From Minisyncoccota bacterium (GTDB taxonomy: Bacteria; Patescibacteriota; Minisyncoccia; Phycocordibacterales; SBAW01), in the NCBI GenBank assembly GCA_018060985.1, contig JAGOUZ010000004.1, positions 11,215-75,214 of the forward strand: a stretch of DNA of 64,000 nucleotides. Direction: 5' to 3'. The position numbers were made by a program, and so were the translations under genes. Positions 18,300 to 30,714 of this stretch are shown here, one piece after another. Within the stretch, counting starts at the first letter, position 1, and each line of letters begins with the position of its first letter. The notes below the pieces were generated by a model that had not been told where the DNA came from, made no database searches, and saw nothing but the letters and a program-made list of their open reading frames with translations.

Positions 18300-20813
18300 A
18301 TGAGCGCCCCATTTAAAAATGCGGCCCCGTGTCTATTGTTAGTAGCTTTTGTTTTTTTATTTTTTGGTTTGGCTTCCTCTGTGCATGCCGCAGAATCAAG
18401 TGTCTTTGTCATGGCTTCGCAGTCAGACGACTCACTTCTCTGCATTCCGGATTGGTCGGTTTGCTTTAGCGGGGGTTCCTCACAGAAATTGATCCCACTT
18501 GGCCAAGGCTCATCTCTGGGCGATGGCAGCATTCTTAGCGTCACTATAGCCAAAGACCCTTCGTCTTCGGTCGTTTCTCAGCCTTGGATAATCTCTATCC
18601 TTTGCTACACCGACTCAGCATATACGCAGACATGTCCAGACTGGGTACGCCCTAATAGCTGGAACGGTCAGCAGACCTATCTCATAGCGGAATTTGCCAC
18701 CTCTACGTCTGACAATAAGTACTGGACCGCGTATTTTACCGACACTACCCGTGAGGCCGGCTTTGACGGTTCATTTCCTGTTCGTTTTAACTCGGGGTAT
18801 TACTACCAACTCTTGATCAACGACAATAGTTGGAACATTGGCGCTTATGGCTCGTCAGGCGGTGAACTCTATTGGGTGCTGCGGGGTATAAAAGATGAAC
18901 CAGCGTGCTCAGAGCAGTGTTATTCCAATGTACTCTTTTTGCCGGGGCTAAAGGGGAGTGTACTGAAGATTGGCGCAGATACTGTATGGCCGCCTACAAT
19001 TTTAAGTAACGATATCCAACAACTGGCGCTTACTGAGAACGGCGAGAGCGTGCACGCTGTGCAAGTAGATGGAATTATAAATACATTTTACAACGTACCT
19101 ATATATCGTGATCTCAGTGTATTTATGGACTCGCTGGTTACAGGTGGAACGATTAATGCTTGGGCTCCTCTATCCTACGATTGGCGATTTTCTCCGGAGA
19201 GGATACTGGCAGATGGCATACAGACGCCTTCCGGCACCCTTCAAGTAATTGATAAAATCGAAAACCTTGCCGCAGACTCCAGGTCCGGCAAAGTCACTCT
19301 TGTTGCCCATTCGATGGGAGGGCTTCTTGGAAAGGTAATTATTAAGAAATTGGAAGAGCAGGGGAAAGAGGGTCTCATAGATTCTTTTGTAATGGTTGGG
19401 GTTCCGCAGCTCGGTACACCGCAGGCTGCCGCCGCACTTCTCCATGGAGACAGTGAGGCCATCCCGGGCAAGTTCTGGCCCGCAGTCATTGCCAGCCCAG
19501 ACGCTGTGCGCATGGTCGCACAGAACTTTCAGAGCGCCTATGATCTTTTGCCGTCGCAGCGCTACTTTGCAGAAGTGCCGGACCCTCCAATAGTCTTTGA
19601 TTCAAGCGCTTTATTTACCAATGCTTGGCGGGCACAGTGGGGGCAGGCGTTAAATAGCTTTGCGGAATTCGCCCAATTTATTACTGGGCAAGGAGTAACC
19701 CGAACAGACCCTCCTCAAAACATATTGAATGTGCCTGAGATCTTGCGCCCAGCGTTAGTACAAAAAGCAGATGATTTTCATGCTGAATATGACAACTATA
19801 TCTTCCCGCCTGCTATCCGCGTGGTGCGGGTGGCCGGGTGGGGAGTGCCCACAATGAAGGCGGTTGAGTATACCAAAAAACACTTACAACAAACTTATGA
19901 GCCGGTGTTTACTATAGAGGGTGATGGGACCGTTGTTTACCCGAGTGCGATTTCCCAAAATGAGGATGCATATTATTTTGATATAAATATCTATCGAAAA
20001 GCAGAGAAGGACACACGGCACGTAAATTTGTTGAACAAACTCCCAATTCAAAACCTCATAAGTAATGTTATTGAAAGATTAACAATTGAAGAAACTCAAT
20101 TTTTGTCGAAAATAAAACCAGAACCAGCGAGTTTAACGGATCATCTTGTGGTTAGCGCTCACTCCCCGGTCATTCTCGGCGTGTATGATGCTGCAGGCCG
20201 TTTTACTGGAATTGACCCAAATCAGAATCCGGCCTTAGAGGCGCTTACCATTAGTGAAGATATACCGGGTAGCACATTCCAATCTTTTGGTGAAAGCCAG
20301 TATATTTTTGTCCCTAAGCAGGGGATCTACACTTTTGTCTTTAAGGCTATAGGTACGGGCCCAACTACTGTGGAAATAGAAAACGTTTCTAACGACACCA
20401 CGACGTCTGTTGTTACGTATTCAGACATGCCGGTCACGACAAACACTAAGGCGACTTTTGTTGTTAATTCCGCCACTCCTACTACCGCTGAGATTGAAGT
20501 AGACATCAATGGCGACAATCAGACCGATGACATCGTTGTTGCCGATGGGGCTGAACTGACACTGGAAAAGCTTCTCGCTCAGCTAAAGACGAAGATTCAA
20601 AGTCTGGATAGTAAATTGAAGTTAAAGAAAGACCTTCTTTCCAAGGTGCAGAAGATAGAGAAAAAAATTGCCAAACAGAAACAGAATAAGGCGTCAAAAA
20701 CACTTATGAGCTTGGGTAAGAAGGTTCTGAAAAAAATTATAAAAAGCAAGATTTCTGACGCGGATGCACAGGAAATCCTGAGGCTCCTCGACGAAATAGA
20801 ACGTAAGATATAA
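18300..20813 (+). CDS. Secreted alpha/beta-hydrolase (lipase/esterase; LCAT- or PGAP1-like nucleophile elbow) with a Lys-rich C-terminal coiled coil
   Basis: The ATG at 18300 is preceded by GGAGGA. Signal peptide (LLLVAFVFLFFGLASSVHA). An AHSMGG serine-hydrolase motif (VTLVAHSMGGLLGKVII). A heptad-like K/L-rich tail. The ORF track start at 18219 is less likely. Confidence 0.5.
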   Translation: MSAPFKNAAPCLLLVAFVFLFFGLASSVHAAESSVFVMASQSDDSLLCIPDWSVCFSGGSSQKLIPLGQGSSLGDGSILSVTIAKDPSSSVVSQPWIISILCYTDSAYTQTCPDWVRPNSWNGQQTYLIAEFATSTSDNKYWTAYFTDTTREAGFDGSFPVRFNSGYYYQLLINDNSWNIGAYGSSGGELYWVLRGIKDEPACSEQCYSNVLFLPGLKGSVLKIGADTVWPPTILSNDIQQLALTENGESVHAVQVDGIINTFYNVPIYRDLSVFMDSLVTGGTINAWAPLSYDWRFSPERILADGIQTPSGTLQVIDKIENLAADSRSGKVTLVAHSMGGLLGKVIIKKLEEQGKEGLIDSFVMVGVPQLGTPQAAAALLHGDSEAIPGKFWPAVIASPDAVRMVAQNFQSAYDLLPSQRYFAEVPDPPIVFDSSALFTNAWRAQWGQALNSFAEFAQFITGQGVTRTDPPQNILNVPEILRPALVQKADDFHAEYDNYIFPPAIRVVRVAGWGVPTMKAVEYTKKHLQQTYEPVFTIEGDGTVVYPSAISQNEDAYYFDINIYRKAEKDTRHVNLLNKLPIQNLISNVIERLTIEETQFLSKIKPEPASLTDHLVVSAHSPVILGVYDAAGRFTGIDPNQNPALEALTISEDIPGSTFQSFGESQYIFVPKQGIYTFVFKAIGTGPTTVEIENVSNDTTTSVVTYSDMPVTTNTKATFVVNSATPTTAEIEVDINGDNQTDDIVVADGAELTLEKLLAQLKTKIQSLDSKLKLKKDLLSKVQKIEKKIAKQKQNKASKTLMSLGKKVLKKIIKSKISDADAQEILRLLDEIERKI

Positions 20814-20821
20814 TTTAGGAT

Positions 20822-21205
20822 ATGGGACATAGAAAATTACTCCTCGGACTATTGACGCTGTCTCTGATTGGACTAGCGGTGGGAGTTTTTATACGGGACG
20901 TCTATAGTTGCGGGCCTAGTGTGTATTGCTACTTTCTTTCTATTAAGGGCGATGCACTTTATTACGGTATGGGTGGCTTGGCATTAGTATTTTCAATCCT
21001 ACTTGCTGTGCCACAAGCGTTCTCGGTGTGGGCCAAGTTTGCAATTTGGTTCGTTCCCCTCATGTCACTACAATTCGCGACGTATAAAGGTTTGGGGCTT
21101 TTTGATCCTCAACCCGAATCAGTGTTCAAGTGGGTGAGTGCCCTCTATATCCTCATAAGTCTTGTTATAATAAGTTGGCACGCTTATAAGCCTCGCAAAA
21201 AATAG
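20822..21205 (+). CDS. Small hypothetical integral membrane protein (4 TM)
   Basis: 127 aa and hydrophobic. Confidence 0.4.
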   Translation: MGHRKLLLGLLTLSLIGLAVGVFIRDVYSCGPSVYCYFLSIKGDALYYGMGGLALVFSILLAVPQAFSVWAKFAIWFVPLMSLQFATYKGLGLFDPQPESVFKWVSALYILISLVIISWHAYKPRKK

Positions 21206-21359
21206 CCTCAATGAACCGATTTTTTACCAAGACATTTTTCCGTTTCTTTTTTAGCTTCCTCGCCATTATTACCGTGGCGTTTGGGGTTATTGTAATAGCT
21301 TCGAGCCTTAATGTGCCTGCAATTGACACGGTGGCGTTTCCACGATAGTTTGGGTATAT

Positions 21360-21465
21360 AGGGCCAGAGACAGTCGGTAGCTCCTAGGAGCGTTAATTGC
21401 GAAAGCATCCGGCCGAGGTGTCGAACTCAAGCCCTTTAAAAGGGTATTTTTTATACCCAAACATT
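21360..21465 (+). promoter_or_regulatory. Candidate rplJ (L10) leader with an attenuator-like hairpin and T-run
   Basis: AGCCCTTT-AAA-AGGGT hairpin (21432-21445) followed by ATTTTTTAT directly 5' of the rplJ ATG. L10(L12)4 autoregulatory leaders are known to sit at this position. Confidence 0.4.
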
Positions 21466-21954
21466 ATGGCAATTACAAAACAGAAGAAAGCAGAAATAGT
21501 AGAAAAGATTCAGACGGTTGCTACTAAGGCAAAGACGCTCGTGTTTGCAAACTTTAAAGGTCTCACCGTAGCCGAGCAGAACGAGATGCGTAAAGCATTT
21601 CGTGCGCAGAATATCGGATACACGGTGGCCAAGAAGTCGCTCATGCGCCGCGGTCTTGAGGCTGCTAAGTTTGAGGGTTCATTCCCTGAACTTGATGGTG
21701 AAATCGCACTCGCGTATGGCGAAGACGAACTTGCGCCAGCGCGCGAGCTCGCAGTCTTTGTTAAGAAGTTTGGCGATCACCTTGCCTTTGCAGGCGGTAT
21801 CTTTGACGGCAAGTATGTTGGCAAAGATGAAATGGTTGCTATTGCAGCTATCCCGGGTATGGATGCGCTCCGCGGCATGTTCGCGCAGCTTATCAACTCT
21901 CCGCGTCAGCGCTTTGCAGTGGTCCTCAGCAAGGTAGCAGAAACTAAAAACTAA
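21466..21954 (+). CDS. rplJ: Ribosomal protein L10
   Basis: [15 protein letters not shown]...[20 protein letters not shown]. The start was moved to the internal ATG at 21466. Confidence 0.85.
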   Translation: MAITKQKKAEIVEKIQTVATKAKTLVFANFKGLTVAEQNEMRKAFRAQNIGYTVAKKSLMRRGLEAAKFEGSFPELDGEIALAYGEDELAPARELAVFVKKFGDHLAFAGGIFDGKYVGKDEMVAIAAIPGMDALRGMFAQLINSPRQRFAVVLSKVAETKN

Positions 21955-21965
21955 TTATTAACTCC

Positions 21966-22328
21966 ATGACACAAGAACAGATTATCGAAGCAGTAGAAAA
22001 GATGACCGTGCTCGAGCTCAACACCCTCGTCAAGGCAATTGAGGAGAAGTGGGGCGTATCGGCAGCAGCGGTAGCCGTTGCAGCAGGCGCAGGTGCCGGC
22101 GCAGCAGCAGAAGAAAAGACCAGCTTTAATGTGCAGCTTGCAGACGCTGGCGCACAGAAAGTGCAGGTTATCAAAGCAGTTAAGGACGCTCTCGGTCTTG
22201 GCCTTAAAGAGGCAAAGGATCTCGTGGATGCAGCTCCTTCTATGCTCAAAGAGGGCATGAAGAAAGAGGATGCAGACAAGCTCAAAGCAGCAGTTGAAGC
22301 AGCTGGCGGCAAAGTAGAACTTAAGTAA
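21966..22328 (+). CDS. rplL: Ribosomal protein L7/L12
   Basis: [19 protein letters not shown]..., an Ala/Gly hinge, and a C-terminal domain ([23 protein letters not shown]). Confidence 0.95.
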   Translation: MTQEQIIEAVEKMTVLELNTLVKAIEEKWGVSAAAVAVAAGAGAGAAAEEKTSFNVQLADAGAQKVQVIKAVKDALGLGLKEAKDLVDAAPSMLKEGMKKEDADKLKAAVEAAGGKVELK

Positions 22329-22351
22329 TCTCTCACAAGATATCAACAAAA

Positions 22352-22377
22352 ACTCCGGCACTAGCCGGAGTTTTTGT
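22352..22377 (+). terminator. Rho-independent terminator after rplL
   Basis: CTCCGGC-ACTA-GCCGGAG hairpin followed by TTTTTGT. Confidence 0.7.
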
Positions 22378-22422
22378 ATTAGATGCTAGTGTTATCTTGG
22401 ATTCGCTGAAAGGAGGTGTGCC

Positions 22423-22620
22423 ATGGCGTTCACTCCAGCTAAGGAGTTCTTTTCGCCTGAAAGGGTAAAAGAGCGTGAAGCGTTCTTCGCTCGCATGAAG
22501 GTGGGGGAAGTCCACAAGCCGTCCCTTGTCGACGCACTTGAGTCGCTGGACTGCCTGCCGACTGCAGGTGGTATGGTATTTCTGGCCGGTCCGCCTATCC
22601 GCGGACGCAGACGAGTGTGA
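22423..22620 (+). CDS. Small hypothetical ORF (65 aa) preceded by one of the strongest SD-like motifs in the window
   Basis: AAAGGAGGTG sits 7 nt upstream of the ATG. There is no recognisable domain, so this may not be a real gene. Confidence 0.25.
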   Translation: MAFTPAKEFFSPERVKEREAFFARMKVGEVHKPSLVDALESLDCLPTAGGMVFLAGPPIRGRRRV

Positions 22621-22734
22621 CCTTTGCCGCAGGCGCCCCTTGCGCGCCGGCGGTTTCTCTTTTACAGACTTATCCACTTTTGCGCCCAGTGCTTCTTTTG
22701 CATACAATACGTGTCTGATTCTCTGAATTTCTGT

Positions 22735-23316
22735 ATGACTGATACGCTGATAAAACTTTTTGGTTCTGCTCCGCGGGTAAAGCTCCTCCGGCTTTTTTTG
22801 TTTAACCCACGCCATTCTTTTACAGTCTCGCTTGCTGCAACCCGTGCTCGGGTTAAAGAAGCAGATGCCCGCAACGAAATTAACATGCTCTTGAAGATCG
22901 GCATTCTTGAGCGCAGTGCGCGCAGTAAAGCAAGTGTGCGTTACGGCATCAACCCAAACTCGCCGTATATACTCGCGTTACAAAATTTACTTCTCAACAC
23001 GCCTGCTCGTGCCAGTGAAATGTATCAGCGTCTGCGTGGCGCCGGCACACTCAAACTGGTTGTGGTTTCTGGCGTGTTTGCAAACGAATGGGATGGTCGC
23101 CTCGATTTGTTGATTGTAGGCGAGCGCATAAATGAAGGTAAGTTAGTCAAAAGTATAAAGTTATTGGAGTCAGAAATAGGGAAGGAGGTTCGGTACGCCT
23201 CGATGAGTACCGATGACTTCTTTTATCGTCTCAATATGAATGACCGCCTCGTGCGCGACGTGTTCGACTACCCGCACAAGGTGGTCCACGACCGCCTCGA
23301 TATTGGCTTAAAATAA
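22735..23316 (+). CDS. Hypothetical protein (193 aa)
   Basis: An internal ATG (MTDTLIKLFGSAPRVKLL...) was chosen because the upstream part of the ORF is Cys/Phe-rich and atypical. No recognisable family. Confidence 0.35.
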   Translation: MTDTLIKLFGSAPRVKLLRLFLFNPRHSFTVSLAATRARVKEADARNEINMLLKIGILERSARSKASVRYGINPNSPYILALQNLLLNTPARASEMYQRLRGAGTLKLVVVSGVFANEWDGRLDLLIVGERINEGKLVKSIKLLESEIGKEVRYASMSTDDFFYRLNMNDRLVRDVFDYPHKVVHDRLDIGLK

Positions 23317-23412
23317 CGCTCCGCATATCCACACGGCAGGCGACAACCACCTTGCCTGTTGCTACAATGAATAGGTCGAACTTTATTAGGTCGGATTATT
23401 AGAGTTAGAAGT

Positions 23413-24105
23413 TTGTATATGATTGTCCAGACGTGGGCTGAGGTGCTCCAGCAATCGTTTTCGAATTTGCTACAGAGCACTATCGCCTTCATCCCGAACT
23501 TTGTGTTCGCGGTAATTGTTTTCGTTATTGGTTGGTTCTTGGGTTCACTCCTTGGTCGCATTGTTGCGCAAGCAGTACGTGCGGTTAAGGTTGACCATGC
23601 ACTTAAGAGTGCAGGTGTAGAAGGTGTGGTTGAGCGCGCAGGCTATCGCCTCGACTCAGGCGCATTCTTGGGCGGCCTCGTTAAGTGGTTTGTCATCATC
23701 GTGTTCTTGATGGCAGCACTACAGGCTCTCGGTCTTACACCGGTTACGCTCTTCTTGCAGCAGGTAGTTGTTTCGTTCCTCCCAACCGTTATTGTTGCAG
23801 TACTTATCATTCTTGCTGGCGCAGTTATTGCTGAGCTCATGCAGGGTGTTGTAAGTGGTGCAGCGCGTGCTGCAGGCATTCGCTCAGCAGGATTTGCTGG
23901 CACGATTGCCCGCTGGTCTATCTGGACCTTCGCTGTCATTGTTGCGCTCTCTCAGCTCGGCATTGCAGCGCAGTATTTCCAGACACTCTTCATGGGTATT
24001 GTGGTTGCACTCTCGCTCGCGTTTGGCCTCTCCTTTGGCCTTGGCGGTCAAGAGGCTGCTGCACGCTTTATCGAGAAGACTCGCGAGGACATGAATCGCC
24101 GTTAA
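23413..24105 (+). CDS. Conserved small membrane protein (TM_helix-repeat / MscS-N-terminal-like family)
   Basis: 4-5 TM segments with the repeated loop pattern seen in TM_helix family proteins. Confidence 0.4.
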   Translation: MYMIVQTWAEVLQQSFSNLLQSTIAFIPNFVFAVIVFVIGWFLGSLLGRIVAQAVRAVKVDHALKSAGVEGVVERAGYRLDSGAFLGGLVKWFVIIVFLMAALQALGLTPVTLFLQQVVVSFLPTVIVAVLIILAGAVIAELMQGVVSGAARAAGIRSAGFAGTIARWSIWTFAVIVALSQLGIAAQYFQTLFMGIVVALSLAFGLSFGLGGQEAAARFIEKTREDMNRR

Positions 24106-24126
24106 AACACCCTTGTTTTAGGCCGC

Positions 24127-24155
24127 AAAACCGCCCCATTCCGGGGCGGTTTTGC
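24127..24155 (+). terminator. Rho-independent terminator
   Basis: CCGCCCC-ATTCC-GGGGCGG hairpin followed by a T-run. Confidence 0.7.
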
Positions 24156-24469
24156 TATGTTTGACACTGTATATACATGGGTATATACTCTCTTTATCCA
24201 TATGTTTAAGACAAACCAATCCACTAGGCGGCGATAAGGCACGATATTGAATCGTGTGTTGTCCCGCGAAAAGCGGGTTTTTTTCTTCTCAAAATATGGC
24301 GACCTTTGACAACTGAATTCCATTGCACGACCACTTCCAATGTGGGTCTTTTTGTGGGCGTGTAAATGGGCAGGTAGAAAAAATAGCAAAAACTTGTAGC
24401 AGTTAATCGCGCTACAAGGTAACAACAGATTATTGCGGTTCTCAAGCTTCTTTTACTCCTATGCGGGAG

Positions 24470-27888
<3,419 letters not shown>

Positions 27889-27959
27889 AGAGGTTTGAGC
27901 GCCGCAATAATCTGTTGTCATTCTATTTTTTCAAATCTGCCCAATTTTTGGGAATTCTG

Positions 27960-28075
27960 TTCTGGTGGTTTAACGGCGGGGTCACACCCGTTCTCATTCC
28001 GAACACGGAAGTTAAGCTCGCTAGTGGCGATGGTACCTGCCTTTACCGGCCGGGAGAGTAGCTAACCGCCAGAAC
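27960..28075 (+). rRNA. rrf: 5S rRNA
   Basis: TCTGGTGGTTTAACGGCGGGGTCACACCCGTTCTCATTCCGAACACGGAAGTTAAGC... The terminal helix pairs with AACCGCCAGA. Confidence 0.9.
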
Positions 28076-28100
28076 AGAGTCTCTAAAATCTCCTTTATTC

Positions 28101-28127
28101 GCAAGCTGATAAAAGCTTGCTTTTTGT
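28101..28127 (+). terminator. Terminator after the 23S-5S unit
   Basis: GCAAGCT-GATAAA-AGCTTGC hairpin followed by TTTTTGTG. Confidence 0.6.
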
Positions 28128-28188
28128 GTATAAATGTGATATAATTTTACCTAGAACGACAATATTGAAAGAGAGAAGCGAGGGTCGC

Positions 28189-28761
28189 ATGAACATGCAG
28201 TTGCCTGAGAATGATCTCCTCCCCTTTGAGTGGGAGGGGAGGAAGGAAGGTCTAATAAACCGCGCGCTGGCTGCAGCCAAACGCGCTCAATCCTACCGTG
28301 AGTTCCGGGTTGGAACAGCGGTGCTCGCGTACCGGCCTCATCCAAAACCGGCAGAACGCTTTCGCGTCTTCCTCGGCGCGAATGTTAAGGCCGACGAATT
28401 TGCCCGGCCGATCTGTGCTGAACCGCCACCGGTTCTGGCCGCTTACCATGCTGGCTTTCGCCGGATCGTCGGCATGGTCGTGGTGGGGAACCGCAACCTC
28501 GATCATGCAAGCAACCTGAACCCGGACACGCTCCACAGCTGCGGGGAGTGTCGTCGAGTTCTGACCTATCTCAAGAACGACGAGGGCGAGCGGCTGGTGC
28601 CGCCTGAAGCCAGGATGCACTTCGTGAGGCTGGACTCGACTCTCGAGGTGGCCGACCCTGAGGGGGCGGACGGGCTTCCCCGGTTCATCATCAGCGAAGA
28701 AATGAGCTTCCAGGAGCTCTGTGACCTGCATGCCAACGGCAACGGAGGTCACAACCAATAA
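28189..28761 (+). CDS. Cytidine/deoxycytidine deaminase-family (CDA-fold, zinc-binding) protein; GC noticeably higher than neighbours
   Basis: Zinc-ligand motifs CAE (RPICAEPPPV) and CGEC (HSCGECRRVL) about 45 aa apart. The N-terminal part (REFRVGTAVLAYRP) looks like tetrameric CDA. The internal ATG at 28189 follows a purine-rich stretch, whereas the ORF track start at 28117 lies inside a -10-like TATAAT. GC is about 60% by eye. Confidence 0.5.
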   Translation: MNMQLPENDLLPFEWEGRKEGLINRALAAAKRAQSYREFRVGTAVLAYRPHPKPAERFRVFLGANVKADEFARPICAEPPPVLAAYHAGFRRIVGMVVVGNRNLDHASNLNPDTLHSCGECRRVLTYLKNDEGERLVPPEARMHFVRLDSTLEVADPEGADGLPRFIISEEMSFQELCDLHANGNGGHNQ

Positions 28762-28765
28762 CCAA

Positions 28766-28799
28766 GGGCGGCGCTGGTAAAGCGCCGCCCCTATTTTTT
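28766..28799 (+). terminator. Rho-independent terminator
   Basis: GGGCGGCGCT-GGTAAA-AGCGCCGCCC hairpin followed by TATTTTTTG. Confidence 0.75.
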
Positions 28800-28813
28800 G
28801 ATAGAATAGCGTT

Positions 28814-29569
28814 ATGGCCCTATCTTGGAGTGCACGAAGGCAGCTACTGTACTATGTGGTTGCGTCAGTTCTTGCGACAGTTATTTTATTCGTAGGATAT
28901 CAAACATTTTTTACCGCAGACCCTACCTGCCGGGACGGCAGGCAGAATGGAAGCGAGCTTGGGGTAGATTGCGGCGGCTCCTGCGCGCGCGTATGCAAAG
29001 ACCAGGAAAAGCCACTTAACTTGCTGTGGGCGCGAGCGTTCCCGGCGGCGTCACCCTTTTATACGGTAGCGGCATATATTCAGAACCCCAATGTAGGCTC
29101 GGGTGCAAAAGGGGTTCATTATTCTTTCCGTATTTTTGATGAAAAAAATTCGCTGGTGGTAGAGCGGCAGGGAGTTACCGATATTCCGCCCCTGCAAACG
29201 GTACCAATACTTGAAACAAATGTAGACGTGGGTAATCGCACGGTTGCTCGCACGCTATTTGAATTTACGAGTGCGGCTACCTGGAGCAAGGTGTCTGCTG
29301 ATAAGCTTCCACCCCTTCGTATCACTGAACAAACGTTAGCCCAAGATGGGGCACGCCTTACGGCTACGGTAACCAATGACTCGCTCAAAGAAGTGCGCGC
29401 CATTTCAGTTGTTGCGGTAGTATTTGACCGCAGTGGTGTGGCGCGTGCGGCATCAAAAACAATCATTGATCGGATAGCCGCCCAGTCGTCTGAACCCATT
29501 ATCTTTACCTGGGCTGGCGGCTTTGAGGGAGTTGCTCGTGCCGAGATAACTATCCTCCCGTCGTTCTAA
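28814..29569 (+). CDS. Hypothetical N-terminally anchored extracytoplasmic protein with a Cys-rich segment, translationally coupled to rodA/ftsW
   Basis: TM helix (LLYYVVASVLATVILFVGY), then CRDGRQNGSELGVDCGGSCARVC. Its stop overlaps the ATG of the next gene. Confidence 0.4.
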   Translation: MALSWSARRQLLYYVVASVLATVILFVGYQTFFTADPTCRDGRQNGSELGVDCGGSCARVCKDQEKPLNLLWARAFPAASPFYTVAAYIQNPNVGSGAKGVHYSFRIFDEKNSLVVERQGVTDIPPLQTVPILETNVDVGNRTVARTLFEFTSAATWSKVSADKLPPLRITEQTLAQDGARLTATVTNDSLKEVRAISVVAVVFDRSGVARAASKTIIDRIAAQSSEPIIFTWAGGFEGVARAEITILPSF

Positions 29570-30714
29570 TGCCCCTGCTTGCACGCATACGCGGGCTCTC
29601 AGTTGACTGGGTGGCTTTTAGTACAGCTGCATTTCTTGGCGTGCTCGGCCTTGTGACGATGGCCTCATTTACGCCAGAAGATCCCTTCTCTGGCAGGCAG
29701 GCGATATGGCTCCTAGTTGGCGTTATCGTTTTTTTTGCAGCCAGCATGGTTGATTGGCGCTTCTTGCGTCGCAGTACCGTTGCAGCCAGTATTTATATTG
29801 TATGTTTACTCCCGCTCGTTTTTTTGGTTCTTGCGGGCACAGCTACGCAAGGTGCAAAGAGCTGGTTTGATCTTGGGCCTTTTGCGCTTCAGCCCGTTGA
29901 GTTTGTAAAGATCGCGCTCATCATTGTGCTCGCTAAGTATTTTTCGCGGCGGCATATTGAGATACGAAACGTGCGTCATATTTTAGTATCGGGTGCGTAC
30001 ATGTTTGTAGTGTTTGCCTTGGTGGCACTGCAGCCGGATTTTGGTTCGGCGATTATTATTGGCACCATCTGGCTTGGTATGGTGCTTCTGTCTGGTATTT
30101 CGCGTATCCACCTGGCGGCGATGGCACTTATTGGCGTTACGGCTTTTGCAGGCCTCTGGACCTTCGGATTTCAAGACTATCAAAAAGAGCGCATATTAAC
30201 CTTCCTGCATCCGCTTACTGACATTCAGGGGGCAGGGTATAACGCCTATCAGTCGACCGTTGCAGTAGGTTCAGGAGAGTTTTTTGGTAAAGGCATAGGC
30301 TACGGCACGCAGTCTAAGCTCCGATTTCTACCCGAGTACCAAACCGACTTTATCTTTGCCGCCTTTGCCGAGGAGTGGGGATTTGTCGGAGTAGTACTCG
30401 TGTTTACTCTGTATGGGGTGTTGTTTGTGCGGATCCTTAAAGCAGCATCGCGTGGCGCGACCAATTTTGAAACGCTGTTTGCCTACGGGGTACTGTTTTA
30501 TTTTTTGGCGCACTTTACACTCCACACAGGAATTAATATGGGGCTACTCCCAGTTACAGGGACCACGATTCCATTTATGAGCTACGGTGGCTCGCACTTA
30601 CTCGCAGAGTTTCTAGTGCTTGGTCTACTTTCCGGTATGCGTGCGTATGCCCGCGTTACGCCACGCGACGCACTTAAAAAAGAATTTAGCGGCGGCTACG
30701 ATCAGTTGCGATAG
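29569..30714 (+). CDS. SEDS-family peptidoglycan glycosyltransferase (RodA/FtsW)
   Basis: About 10 TM segments with conserved loops (GSGEFFGKGIGYGTQSKLRFLPEYQTDFIFAAFAEEWGF; PVTGTTIPFMSYGGSHLL). Confidence 0.85.
   Translation: MPLLARIRGLSVDWVAFSTAAFLGVLGLVTMASFTPEDPFSGRQAIWLLVGVIVFFAASMVDWRFLRRSTVAASIYIVCLLPLVFLVLAGTATQGAKSWFDLGPFALQPVEFVKIALIIVLAKYFSRRHIEIRNVRHILVSGAYMFVVFALVALQPDFGSAIIIGTIWLGMVLLSGISRIHLAAMALIGVTAFAGLWTFGFQDYQKERILTFLHPLTDIQGAGYNAYQSTVAVGSGEFFGKGIGYGTQSKLRFLPEYQTDFIFAAFAEEWGFVGVVLVFTLYGVLFVRILKAASRGATNFETLFAYGVLFYFLAHFTLHTGINMGLLPVTGTTIPFMSYGGSHLLAEFLVLGLLSGMRAYARVTPRDALKKEFSGGYDQLR

Noticed and set aside
20570-20813. Repetitive AAG/AAA-rich DNA that might look like a short tandem array
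   Set aside because: It encodes the in-frame Lys/Leu-rich coiled-coil tail of the hydrolase. There are no regular spacer-repeat units, and there is no CRISPR array anywhere in the window.
21944-22361. Minus-strand ORFs of 130 and 136 aa antisense to rplL
   Set aside because: These are Ala/Cys-rich mirror translations of the Ala/Glu-rich L7/L12 gene. The L7/L12 identity on the plus strand is unambiguous.
22333-22815. 160-aa minus-strand ORF spanning the rplL terminator and the downstream small ORFs
   Set aside because: It runs through a rho-independent terminator, is Arg/Lys/Ser-rich with low complexity and no start context, and is judged spurious.
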